DNA of 64,000 bases from Sumerlaeia bacterium (GTDB taxonomy: Bacteria; Sumerlaeota; Sumerlaeia; SLMS01; JAHLLQ01), in assembly GCA_040219255.1 (NCBI GenBank), contig JAVJSW010000068.1, positions 128,001-192,000 on the forward strand. Direction: 5' to 3'. Shown here piece by piece: positions 18,914 to 28,156 of this stretch (position 1 is the stretch's first letter; every line of letters begins with the position of its first letter). The notes beneath the pieces are model-generated. The model made no database searches. It saw nothing but the letters and a program-made list of their open reading frames with translations, and was not told the origin of the DNA. The position numbers and the translations under genes were made by a program.

Positions 18914-21478
18914 ATGTCCAGTGAATACCTTCCCATACCCGCCAACGATGGGCCCGCCGGCGAGCGCCGTTACCTGTGCATCCACGCCCACCTCTATCAG
19001 CCCCCCCGCGAGAACCCCTGGCTGGAGACGATCGAGGAGCAGCCCAGCGCCGGCCCCTTCCACGACTGGAACGCCCGCATCACGTCGGAGTGCTACGGCC
19101 CCAACACGGCGGCGCGCATCACGGACCATCAGGCTCGCATCCTGGATATCCGCAACAACTACGAGCAGATCAGCTTCAACATCGGGCCGACGCTCTTTTC
19201 CTGGCTGGAAGAACACGCCCCGATGTTCTACGAGGAGATCCTGGCCGCCGACGCCCGCAGCGCCGAGCGCCGCGGCGGCCACGGCAACGCCGTGGCCCAG
19301 GTCTACAACCATGTCATCATGCCGCTGCAAACGGCTCGCGACAAGCACACGCAAATCCTGTGGGGGATGGAGGATTTCCGCGCCCGGTTCCGCCGCGACC
19401 CGGAAGGCATGTGGCTGGCCGAAACGGCGGCCGACACGGACTCGCTGGAGGCTCTGGCGGACAACGGCATCAAATACACGATCCTTGCCCCACGCCAAGC
19501 CAAGGCCTGGCGCGAGTTGGACGGCACGGGGGGCTGGCGCCGCGGCGGCATCGATCCCACGCGGCCTTATCTGTGCTCGCTGCCGAGCGGCCGCAGCATC
19601 GTGCTCTTCTTCTACGATGGTCCGATCAGCCAGGGCGTGGCCTTCGAGGGGCTTCTGAACAACGGCGAAGCCTTCGCCGACCGCCTCGCCAGCGGCTTCA
19701 GCCGCGCCCGCCGCTGGCCCCAGCTGATGCACATCGCCACCGACGGCGAGTCCTATGGCCACCACCACCGCCACGGCGAAATGGCGCTCGCCTACGCGCT
19801 CCACAATATCGAGAAGCGCAATCTGGCGGCGCTGACGAACTACGGCGAGTATCTGTCACTGGTGACGCCGACCTGCGAAGCGCAAATCTGGGAGGAGTCG
19901 TCCTGGTCCTGCGTCCATGGGGTCGAGCGCTGGCGCAGCGACTGCGGCTGCAACAGCGGCGGCCGGCCGGGCTGGAATCAGGCTTGGCGCGGCCCGCTGC
20001 GGGCGGCCTACGACATCGTCAAGGAGAAGGCCGACGAGGTGTTCGGCCGCGAAGGAGAACGCTACTTCGACGACCCGTGGAAAGCCCGCGACGCCTACAT
20101 CAACGTGCTGCTGGACCGCGACCGGGTGCGGGTGAAGGAATTCCTGGCGACGCACACGGCGGAGGCGCTGGACGCGCCGGAGCGCAAGCTGGCGCTGCGG
20201 CTGCTGGAAATGCAGCGCCACTCGATGCTGATGTACACGAGTTGCGCGTGGTTCTTCGATGAAGTGAGCGGGCTGGAAACGACGCAAACGATGAAGTACG
20301 CTTCACGGGTGCTTCAGTTGATCGCGCCTTACGAACCGGATCTGGAAGACGAATTTCTGGCGGAGCTTGCCAAAGCGCCCAGCAACATCCCGGAATACGG
20401 AAACGGCGGCGAGGTCTACCAGCGCTTCATCAAGCCGCAGGAGGTGGACCTGTCGCGCGTGGCGGCGAACTACGCGCTGATGAATTTCGACCAGCAGGAG
20501 GCGGAGGCGACACGGCAATACTGCTTCGACATCGTCGAGTCGGAACCGGCTCTGGCGTGGCACGGCAACGCGCGGATCAAGATGAGCCGCCTGAGCGTGC
20601 GCAACCGCACCGACGGCGACATGTTGGACGCGGTGGCGTGTGTGCTGCACTATGGCGGCCACGACTTCCAATGCGCGCTGGCGACACCCTTCAGCTCTCA
20701 CGACTACAAGCATATCCGCGAGGAGATCTTCCAGAAGTTCCAGCGCGGTTCGCTGGCGGAGGTGTTGCGAACGCTCGATCACTACTTCGGCGGCCGGGAT
20801 TACAAGATGAGCGACATGTTCGGCGAATGCCAGCGCGAGCTGCTCGCCCGCGTGACCCAGGAAGGCTTCGTGCGGTTCGACTCGGCCCTGGCCCACATGT
20901 ACGACGACAACCGCAAACTGATGGGCTACCTGCTCGAGGTCGGCGCCCCCACGCCCAAGGGCTTCCTGGCGGTGGCGGAATACGTGCTGCGCTCGCGCCT
21001 GCGTGATGAGCTTGAGCAGTTCACCGTCACGGAAAACCCCGCCCGCGCCATGGAACTGGCGGAGGAAGCGCAGCGGCTGGGAACCGTCCATGTGGTGGAC
21101 GAGACGCTCTTGAGTCAATTGACGCACATTCTCGATCAGGTCTTTCGCCGCGTGGCGATGGCGCCGCTCGAGGAGAACTGCCGGCTGGCGAACCAGGTGC
21201 TCGATATCGTCGAGCTGCTCAACGCGCCGCTCGATCTGTGGGAGCCGCAGAACATCGTCTTCGCTCTGGTGCACGACCGCGTGTTGCCGGTGCGCATCCA
21301 ACGCCAGAAGGCGGAAGCGACCAGCGACCGGAACCTGCGGGACTTGTTCGACTCGATGGAGAGCGGTGGCCGACCGAGGGTGATGCCTGAGTTGCGGGCG
21401 CTGGCGGACCGGCTGAAGATCGCGGAGGCGCCACTGCGCCGGGAGCCGGCGAAAAAGCGCGAGGTGGTGCTTAGCTAG
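18914..21478 (+). CDS. Glycoside hydrolase family 57 with DUF3536 domain
   Basis: IHAHLYQPPRENPW, HVIMPL, GMWLAETA (nucleophile E), ATDGESYGHH, SWSCVHGVERW, MYTSCAWFFDE. Confidence 0.92.
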   Translation: MSSEYLPIPANDGPAGERRYLCIHAHLYQPPRENPWLETIEEQPSAGPFHDWNARITSECYGPNTAARITDHQARILDIRNNYEQISFNIGPTLFSWLEEHAPMFYEEILAADARSAERRGGHGNAVAQVYNHVIMPLQTARDKHTQILWGMEDFRARFRRDPEGMWLAETAADTDSLEALADNGIKYTILAPRQAKAWRELDGTGGWRRGGIDPTRPYLCSLPSGRSIVLFFYDGPISQGVAFEGLLNNGEAFADRLASGFSRARRWPQLMHIATDGESYGHHHRHGEMALAYALHNIEKRNLAALTNYGEYLSLVTPTCEAQIWEESSWSCVHGVERWRSDCGCNSGGRPGWNQAWRGPLRAAYDIVKEKADEVFGREGERYFDDPWKARDAYINVLLDRDRVRVKEFLATHTAEALDAPERKLALRLLEMQRHSMLMYTSCAWFFDEVSGLETTQTMKYASRVLQLIAPYEPDLEDEFLAELAKAPSNIPEYGNGGEVYQRFIKPQEVDLSRVAANYALMNFDQQEAEATRQYCFDIVESEPALAWHGNARIKMSRLSVRNRTDGDMLDAVACVLHYGGHDFQCALATPFSSHDYKHIREEIFQKFQRGSLAEVLRTLDHYFGGRDYKMSDMFGECQRELLARVTQEGFVRFDSALAHMYDDNRKLMGYLLEVGAPTPKGFLAVAEYVLRSRLRDELEQFTVTENPARAMELAEEAQRLGTVHVVDETLLSQLTHILDQVFRRVAMAPLEENCRLANQVLDIVELLNAPLDLWEPQNIVFALVHDRVLPVRIQRQKAEATSDRNLRDLFDSMESGGRPRVMPELRALADRLKIAEAPLRREPAKKREVVLS

Positions 21479-21545
21479 GAGCGGCCCTTCTTCGCGCCGC
21501 GTTGACGGTGAAAAGGCCCGGGTCCAGCTCAACGCCAGTGTCTTC

Positions 21546-22388
21546 CTACCTCATCTCCGCCGTATCGAGGAGAATGGACATGGCGAGCGCGGCGCGGCGG
21601 TCCATGTGGCGGGCGGGATCGCCGGAGAGGTCGAGGACGTACTCGTCGATGAGGGTGAGTTTGCGGTTGTAGACTCCGAAGACGGTGCCGTCGCCGTGCT
21701 CGAAATTGAAGTTCGTGCGCAGGAGGCCATAGAGAGTCCCGAGGTAGCGGCGCAGGGCGGCGCGGACCCAGGAGTCCTCGCGGCAGCGGAAGAGGAAGTC
21801 GCCGTTGGGGGCTTCGGCGAGCCATTCGCGGCGGATGATGGATCGGATGGTGTCGCGCCGCAAGACGGCGACCTTCCCGCCGAGGCAATCCCAGAGGGTG
21901 TACTGACGATAGAGGCCCATTTTGTTGTCCTGGGTGATCGCCATGACGCGCCAGGCGAGGGATTCGTCGGTGTAGATGTCGATGTCGCGATAGGGCGCCA
22001 TCAGGGTGGCGGCGACGCCGAGGAAGAAATTCGAAATGAAGAGCAACAGGAGCGGAATGAGCAGGCTGCCAGTCGCCGAAATCAGATAGAAGGCACCGAT
22101 GAAGATGGCCAGCCGGACGACGGTCAGGAAGAGCCCGAGGACGATGTTGATGGCGAGCCTGGGGGGGCGGACGACGAAGAAGCGGGGATACCCCTGGCCG
22201 TCGGAGATTGTGTACTTTTGCGCCAGGGTGAGGACCTTCTGCCGCACGTGCAGTTCGTCGTAGGAGAAAAGCCACTGGAGGTAGGCGAGCAGGGATGGGT
22301 CCAGGCCAGCGGGGGCGGGGCTCGTCTCCGGCTCCGGGTTGGCGGCGGGGGCGGGTTGTGCTTCGGCGGGGGCGGCGGGATCGGTCAT
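21546..22388 (-). CDS. Membrane protein with LURP-one/scramblase (tubby C-terminal-like) domain
   Basis: VRQKVLTLAQKYTI, two hydrophobic helices, RKLTLIDEYVLDLS and C-terminal MDRRAALAMSILLD. Confidence 0.7.
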   Translation of the reverse strand: MTDPAAPAEAQPAPAANPEPETSPAPAGLDPSLLAYLQWLFSYDELHVRQKVLTLAQKYTISDGQGYPRFFVVRPPRLAINIVLGLFLTVVRLAIFIGAFYLISATGSLLIPLLLLFISNFFLGVAATLMAPYRDIDIYTDESLAWRVMAITQDNKMGLYRQYTLWDCLGGKVAVLRRDTIRSIIRREWLAEAPNGDFLFRCREDSWVRAALRRYLGTLYGLLRTNFNFEHGDGTVFGVYNRKLTLIDEYVLDLSGDPARHMDRRAALAMSILLDTAEMR

Positions 22389-22469
22389 GGGAGAAGAGGT
22401 TGGCGGAGGCGCTCGATCAGGGTGGGTTGCCTGAAACCGGAGCAAATCCCTCGCCCGGCCCGCGAGCCT

Positions 22470-23444
22470 TTATTGGCGGGGTGGGGCGGTTTCGCCCGGT
22501 CCGGGGGGAACGGGCGATTCGAGCAGGTCGGCGTTTCTAGGGAGGGCGTCGCCGCTGGCGGCGGCGTAGATGGCTTCCACTTCGGCCCGGCCGGCGACCT
22601 TCATGCGGATCGCGTCGCGGAAGGGGTGGGGCTGGAACTGAAAGGCTTCGCGGGCGGGGGCGATGTCGAAGGTCTTGTCCTCGCGCATGCGGCGGATCAT
22701 ATCGGGATGGACGCCAGGAAGGACCTTGGCGGCCAGAACCCCGAGCGGTACGGGGACGGTCATCAGGCGCACGTCCCGGTCGAGGGCCTGGACGATTTCC
22801 TCGATGAACTGGCGGTAGGTCAGTGGCTGGGGCCCGGCGAGGTTGAAGTCGCGTTTGGCGGTATCGCGCGGCGAGCGCAACACTGCGACGAGAGCGTCCA
22901 CCAGGTCCTCGACATAGATGGGTTGCACCTGATTCTTGCCGCCGCCAAAAAGCGGGAACCAGTTCTTGCGCGAGAGCCAGCGCACGAGGCGCTCCACATT
23001 CTGGTCGCGCTTGCCGCCGAAAATCATCGTCGGCCGCAGAAGCGTCCAATCCAGCCCCGACTCGGTCACCGGCAGTTCGGCGTTGATGACGGCAACGGCG
23101 GTGGGGTCCTTCAGGCTGGAGAAGCGGCGGGTCGAAGAGGTGAGGACGAGGCGCTCGATCGAGAAGCGATGGCAGGCTTGAACCAGCGCCGGGGAATAGC
23201 GGATATGGGCGGTGGAGACGAGGGCTTCGCAGCCCTCGAGGGCTTCCCAGAGCGTCCAGCGGCGAAGGCAATCGCCCTCGCGGATGTCGATCCCGGCGAG
23301 AGCGAGGCGCTTGGCCACGGGCGAGGCGGGATCGCGGGTGAGGCCGCGGACCTCGACACCGAGGCGCGAGAGGCGCAGCGCGAGGCGCTCGCCGGTGTGG
23401 CTGGTGCAGCCCACGTGCAGGATGCGGCGCGGGAGGAGGATCAT
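22470..23444 (-). CDS. Atypical SDR / NAD(P)-binding epimerase family (NDUFA9-like)
   Basis: VGCTSHTG Rossmann variant, WTLLRPTMIFG, QPIYVEDL, FNLAGP; ATGA overlap with the upstream GT4. Confidence 0.82.
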   Translation of the reverse strand: MILLPRRILHVGCTSHTGERLALRLSRLGVEVRGLTRDPASPVAKRLALAGIDIREGDCLRRWTLWEALEGCEALVSTAHIRYSPALVQACHRFSIERLVLTSSTRRFSSLKDPTAVAVINAELPVTESGLDWTLLRPTMIFGGKRDQNVERLVRWLSRKNWFPLFGGGKNQVQPIYVEDLVDALVAVLRSPRDTAKRDFNLAGPQPLTYRQFIEEIVQALDRDVRLMTVPVPLGVLAAKVLPGVHPDMIRRMREDKTFDIAPAREAFQFQPHPFRDAIRMKVAGRAEVEAIYAAASGDALPRNADLLESPVPPGPGETAPPRQ

Positions 23445-24679
23445 GCCCAGCCCCCTTCTTTGTAGGGTTCCGGGGGCAGGATCTGGCGGACTCGAAGATA
23501 GCGCTCGTAGAGCTGCCACTGGCGGCGTAGATTGAGGGCGAGGGAGTATTCGTCGATGGCGCGCATCCGACCGGCGGCGCCCATCTTCTGGGCGATTTCC
23601 CGGTGGCGCAGCAGGTAGCTGACGGCGCTCGCCAGCTCCTCATGACTTCCCACATCGATCAGGAATCCCGTGGAGCCGTCGACCACTTCTTCGCGGCAGC
23701 CGCGGATCCGGGTCGTGACGACCGGGACCGAGAGAATCATGGCCTCGATGATGGAGACGGGCATGCCTTCGCGGTAGCTCGGCAGGGTGAAAACGTCGCT
23801 GGCGACCATGAGTTCGGGGACATCGTCGCGCATTCCGAGGAGGTGCATGCGGCCCTGGAGTTCCGGGGCTTTGGCGAGCTTTTCGAGCTTCTGGCGGATG
23901 CGGTCGCGTTCGCTCTTGAGGGCGTCGCCGATGACCAGGAAATGGGCGTTGGGCACTTGCTTGAGGATCAGGGGCGCGGCGCGGAAGAATTCGAAGAAGC
24001 CCTTCTCGCGGGTCATGCGGCCCATGATGGCCATCACGGGCGCGTCCTGCGGAATTCCCAGTTCCTGGCGCACCTGGGGCCGGCGGACTTGCAGCCGGTG
24101 CAGGTTGAAGCGGGCTTCGTCGACGCCGTTGGGAATGACGTGGATGTTTTCCGGCCTTTCGATGCGTTCGCTTTCCGCGGTGCGGGCGTCCTCCGGGCTG
24201 ACGCAAATCAGGGCGTCCTGGAACTTGGCGAAGAGGCGCTCGAGACCGATGTGGATCCGGCGTTTCCAGGGCGCCATGCGGTCGTGGAAGTAGAACCCGT
24301 GGGCCGTATGGAGAATCACTTTGCGCCGGCAAAGCCAAGCCACGAGACGCCCCAGCAAGGCCGCGATCGGTGTATGCACATGGACGACATCGTACTCTCC
24401 GCGCAGGATGACCCAGGCCAGCCGCAGGGCGCTGAAGGGGTGCAGGGGCGAAAGAGCGCTGCGGGAAATGCGCACCGGCACCATGGTCAGCCCCGATTCC
24501 TTCAGCTCTTTCCAGTACGGGCCGGGCGTGCAGGCGATGTGGGCCTCGCAGCCGTGCTTGTCCAGCATGCGGGCGATGGGGGCCAGGAACTGTTTCACCG
24601 TGAAGTCCACGGCGCAAAGGATCAGGACCTTGGGTTTCTTGGGTTCGGGCTGGGATTCGCCGGTCTTTTGCTCCGTCAT
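23441..24679 (-). CDS. Glycosyltransferase family 4
   Basis: VVHVHTP, HTAHGF, GRMTREKG, LPSYREGMPVSIIEAM (EX7E). Confidence 0.93.
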   Translation of the reverse strand: MTEQKTGESQPEPKKPKVLILCAVDFTVKQFLAPIARMLDKHGCEAHIACTPGPYWKELKESGLTMVPVRISRSALSPLHPFSALRLAWVILRGEYDVVHVHTPIAALLGRLVAWLCRRKVILHTAHGFYFHDRMAPWKRRIHIGLERLFAKFQDALICVSPEDARTAESERIERPENIHVIPNGVDEARFNLHRLQVRRPQVRQELGIPQDAPVMAIMGRMTREKGFFEFFRAAPLILKQVPNAHFLVIGDALKSERDRIRQKLEKLAKAPELQGRMHLLGMRDDVPELMVASDVFTLPSYREGMPVSIIEAMILSVPVVTTRIRGCREEVVDGSTGFLIDVGSHEELASAVSYLLRHREIAQKMGAAGRMRAIDEYSLALNLRRQWQLYERYLRVRQILPPEPYKEGGWA

Positions 24680-24775
24680 GACTGTGGGCTTCCGTAGGTC
24701 GTCCGCTTTGGCGGCGCGAGAGAAGGAGTTATCCCGGCCGGCGGGAGCGTCGTCAAGCTCTCGGAAGAGTCGGGC

Positions 24776-26245
24776 TCATTGTTCAAGAGCATCGAAATAG
24801 ACCGGGTCGGTAGCCATCCAGACATCCACGGCGTCGCCGGCGCGGCGGAGGCGCAGCGTCCGGCCTTCGCCGCTCCAGACCGCCGTTTCGCCGTCGGCGG
24901 GCATGGGACGTCCGGCGCTCCAGAGTTTTTCGAAGGCGGAAAGGGAACGAAAGCGGCGCTCGAGCATTTCCAGGAATTCCGCCGCGTCGTCCTCCGAGTC
25001 CCACACGGTGGCCCAGGCCAGGACCCAGGCTTCTCGCTTCTCGTCGTGGGCCAGCATCATCTCGTCGCCGCCCCATCCCGCCGCGCCGCGAAAGGCCGCC
25101 GAGTTGCCGCGCATGGCTTCCGGCAGGAGGGCCTGATTGACTTCGCCTGGCAGGGAAAGGGTCAGCCGGATGCCCCACTCGCCCCAAGTGTCGCGGTAGC
25201 GCTCGGTCAGGCCGTGGCGGCCTTCAGGCCAGGAGGGGGCGCTCACCGGGCGGGGAGCTTCCATGCGGGGGTAGTATTTTTCCGGGTGGAGGATTTGCTC
25301 GGTGCTTTGCGGCGGCACGCGGAAGGGCAGCATGCGCCAGAAGGGGAAGTTTTCCTGCTTCAGGTGCGCCATGAATTCCAGGCCGGCGGAATAGGGGAAG
25401 TAGGACGTGACGCCCATGGAGGGCGGCGCGGAGGCCTTGAAGGTGCGGAATTCGGGGGCGAGCCACATGTCGGCGGGAAGGCTCGATTCGGCCAGCGCCG
25501 AACGCCCCCCGCCGGCCATCGCCATGCTGCGGCCGAAAGCCTCCTGCCATTCGTTTTCCGAGAGTTCGGCGTCGCCTTCCACCACGGCCCGGCGCGCCAG
25601 TTTCGTGTCGGCGTTCAGTCCGTCGGTTTCGTAAACCATGGCGTTCAGGTCGAAGTGCTGGTCCTGCAGGGCGTGGGTGATTTCGTGGGCCAGGACCTGC
25701 TGGCCGAAAGGCGACAGCGGATCGGTCTTGGTGAGGACCGAGAGGAACTTGGACTCGGGGTCGTAGAACCCGGCGATGGGCGGCACGGTGCGCATTCGCA
25801 TGAGGAGCAGGACGTCGGTGTCTTCCGGGATGACGCCCAGGGCCTTGGAGGCGAGGCCGTCGGCAAGAGCTTCGTCTTCGTCGCCGATCAGCTTTTCGCG
25901 CTGGGTTTCGACCCAGCCGACGACTTCCGGGTCGCTCATGAGGCGGGTTTCGACCGCGTGTTTGAGGGGCAGTTCGCGGGTCTTGACGACCTGCTGGCTG
26001 ATGGTTTCGACGACGTCGCGATAGACCGCTTCCGCCTCGCCGCGGGTGAGGGCGGGCTGGTTGCCCTGGCTCCAGGAGGTGAGGATGTCGGCGAGGTCGG
26101 ATTCGGCGCTCTGGCCGTGCAGAGCGTTCCCCGCCCCGGCCCAGAGGACGGCGAGACAGGCCAGGATTGGAGTGGTAAGGCGGAGGATGATCGGACGCTG
26201 CAAGACGGGCTCCCGGAAGCACGATGGACCCAGAGGGTAGTTCAT
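24776..26245 (-). CDS. Secreted HEXXH zincin-like protein (AHEITHALQDQHF family)
   Basis: Signal peptide, AGFYDP, LAHEITHALQDQHFDL, AVVEGDA, FPYSAG, PQSTEQILHPEKY. Start uncertain. Confidence 0.8.
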   Translation of the reverse strand: MNYPLGPSCFREPVLQRPIILRLTTPILACLAVLWAGAGNALHGQSAESDLADILTSWSQGNQPALTRGEAEAVYRDVVETISQQVVKTRELPLKHAVETRLMSDPEVVGWVETQREKLIGDEDEALADGLASKALGVIPEDTDVLLLMRMRTVPPIAGFYDPESKFLSVLTKTDPLSPFGQQVLAHEITHALQDQHFDLNAMVYETDGLNADTKLARRAVVEGDAELSENEWQEAFGRSMAMAGGGRSALAESSLPADMWLAPEFRTFKASAPPSMGVTSYFPYSAGLEFMAHLKQENFPFWRMLPFRVPPQSTEQILHPEKYYPRMEAPRPVSAPSWPEGRHGLTERYRDTWGEWGIRLTLSLPGEVNQALLPEAMRGNSAAFRGAAGWGGDEMMLAHDEKREAWVLAWATVWDSEDDAAEFLEMLERRFRSLSAFEKLWSAGRPMPADGETAVWSGEGRTLRLRRAGDAVDVWMATDPVYFDALEQ

Positions 26246-26280
26246 GCGCCGGGACTCGGCAAAGGGAATGCGCGAGGGCG

Positions 26281-26799
26281 CTAGTTTTGCCTCCAGAGAT
26301 GCGGCGGTTCGGCGGGCTCGACCTGGCTCAGGGGCTTGTTTTCCGGCCAGATGTAGACCCAGGCGACGCGCGAGCCCTCGCGCCCGGCGCGGGCCAGGAC
26401 GCGATGGTAGTTCGAGGCGCCGGGGGGGCGGCCGGGATGGAACTCCTCGAGCGCGTCGAGGCGGGGCAGAATTTCGCGGCCGTCGCGGTAGGTGTAGAGT
26501 TCACCCTCGACGGCGAAGCGCTCCGCGCCGTCGGGCGCCGCGCGCAGGCCCCCCAGGGTTTCCATCGAACGGCCGATTCGAGCCTGTAACTCAAGGTCTG
26601 CCAAGGGGTCGGCGCTGCCATAGGCCAGAATGTCGGCCCGGGCGATGCGCAGGTAGGGATAGGCCCGATGGGCGGGAATGAGTAACCCTCCGACGACCAC
26701 GCAGTCCTCGACGGCGGCGTAGCCTTCCATGAGATGATGATTGGCGAAGCCGCGCTTGAGCGTGCCGTAGACGAAGATTTTAAGAGCGGGAAGGACCAT
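26281..26799 (-). CDS. Gamma-glutamylcyclotransferase (GGCT/AIG2-like)
   Basis: IFVYGTLKRGFANH, VEGELY, LDALE, AWVYI. Confidence 0.88.
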   Translation of the reverse strand: MVLPALKIFVYGTLKRGFANHHLMEGYAAVEDCVVVGGLLIPAHRAYPYLRIARADILAYGSADPLADLELQARIGRSMETLGGLRAAPDGAERFAVEGELYTYRDGREILPRLDALEEFHPGRPPGASNYHRVLARAGREGSRVAWVYIWPENKPLSQVEPAEPPHLWRQN

Positions 26800-26970
26800 G
26801 TCGGGCGAATCTTCTGTCAGGAAGGGTTTACGGCGGCGGATTCTTTATGGCGGAACAATAGCTCAGTCGCAAGGGCGAGGCATGCTAAGATTGTGTCAGA
26901 GACGCTCCAACACGCGGCGTGGCGCGAGAACGGGCCGGGCGGGTAATTCAAACTTGACGGTCTCTTACGC

Positions 26971-26999
26971 TTGTCATTGAACCGGGGGGGCGGTAAAGT
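26971..26999 (+). promoter_or_regulatory. Putative sigma70 promoter
   Basis: TTGTCA-N17-TAAAGT, 38 nt upstream of the ATG at 27038. Confidence 0.5.
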
Positions 27000-27037
27000 T
27001 CCCCTTGAAGATTTTGGACGGTCAGTACCTCACGATC

Positions 27038-28042
27038 ATGAACCCTTACGAGAATCTCGGCGAAGAAAACGCTCCCAAGGACAGCCCTCTGGGGCGCGAT
27101 CCTTTGGGAGAAGATCAGTTCATGGATCGCCCCCCGCGCCCGCCCGGCGTGCCGGCGAAGAAACCCTATGAGGACGACCCCGCGGAGGCGATGCAGAGCA
27201 ACGATCCCTACGCCCATCTCGGCACCGACGAATACAGCGGTTCGAAACAGGAAGAGGCCCGACCGGAGAATCGCAGTGTCGCGGCGCAGTATGGCGGCAA
27301 TTCCACGGGGCGCGACGAGATGCTGGCGGAGATGCTCGGCGGCGGCTCGCTGATGGACGAACTGTACGGCGATCAGGGCGGCGGCACCGGCCCGGCGGCC
27401 CCCACCGACGACCTGGCCGCCATGTACGGCGGTGGAGGCGGCGTTCCCCGCGAGGACCGCAAGGCCGGCGAAGTACACGACATGACCCAGCAGGCTGGTC
27501 TTCCGGCGCTCCAGAAGGAAAGCGTCAGCCGTACGCCGCTGATCGTGCTGGCGATCTTGCTGCTTCTGATTCTGGCTGGCGTGGGCGCGCTCTTCCTTAC
27601 CAAGAAGACGGTTTACGACCGCCTGACGGGCGAAGCGGAGAAAATCTCGACGGCGGCCTATTTGGTCGATCTGTTGAGCATGCCGGCGGCGGACCGCGAT
27701 TTCCAGGGTTACAGCGAGTTGGAACGAGCCTACCTGCTGACCGACGACCGCATCGGAATCGTCCACAGCTATGCGGTGGATTTCTACAACAGCACCGGCG
27801 TCAGCCCCTCGGGCTCGGCCGAACTTTTCGAAGCCTACCAGGATATGCGCGAGTACGAGCAGGTCGATGGCTGGGGCAACGTCTTCTCCATCTTGGCGCG
27901 AGGCGGTTCGGTGTCGGTCCGCAGCAGCGGCGAAGACGGTCTGCTGAACACCAGCGACGACTTCGTGTACGATGAAAATGGCCTCCGAGCCCCCGGTGGA
28001 TACCAGGATTTCCTGCTCTTGCAGGGCATGTCGGAGAACTGA
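27038..28042 (+). CDS. Single-pass membrane protein with acidic disordered N-terminus and GspG-like C-terminal motif
   Basis: TM LIVLAILLLLILAGVGALFL; C-terminal DGWGN...VRSSGEDGLLNTSDD. Confidence 0.72.
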   Translation: MNPYENLGEENAPKDSPLGRDPLGEDQFMDRPPRPPGVPAKKPYEDDPAEAMQSNDPYAHLGTDEYSGSKQEEARPENRSVAAQYGGNSTGRDEMLAEMLGGGSLMDELYGDQGGGTGPAAPTDDLAAMYGGGGGVPREDRKAGEVHDMTQQAGLPALQKESVSRTPLIVLAILLLLILAGVGALFLTKKTVYDRLTGEAEKISTAAYLVDLLSMPAADRDFQGYSELERAYLLTDDRIGIVHSYAVDFYNSTGVSPSGSAELFEAYQDMREYEQVDGWGNVFSILARGGSVSVRSSGEDGLLNTSDDFVYDENGLRAPGGYQDFLLLQGMSEN

Positions 28043-28156
28043 ACGTCACGAACATGGTAGCGGCGGGGCATCCGGCCCGGCCTTTGCCTTACCCCCCTGT
28101 CAACCAGCCCATTCCCCCCAGGAATGTGCGTCAATTTGACGAGGGGAGGCGCCCGC

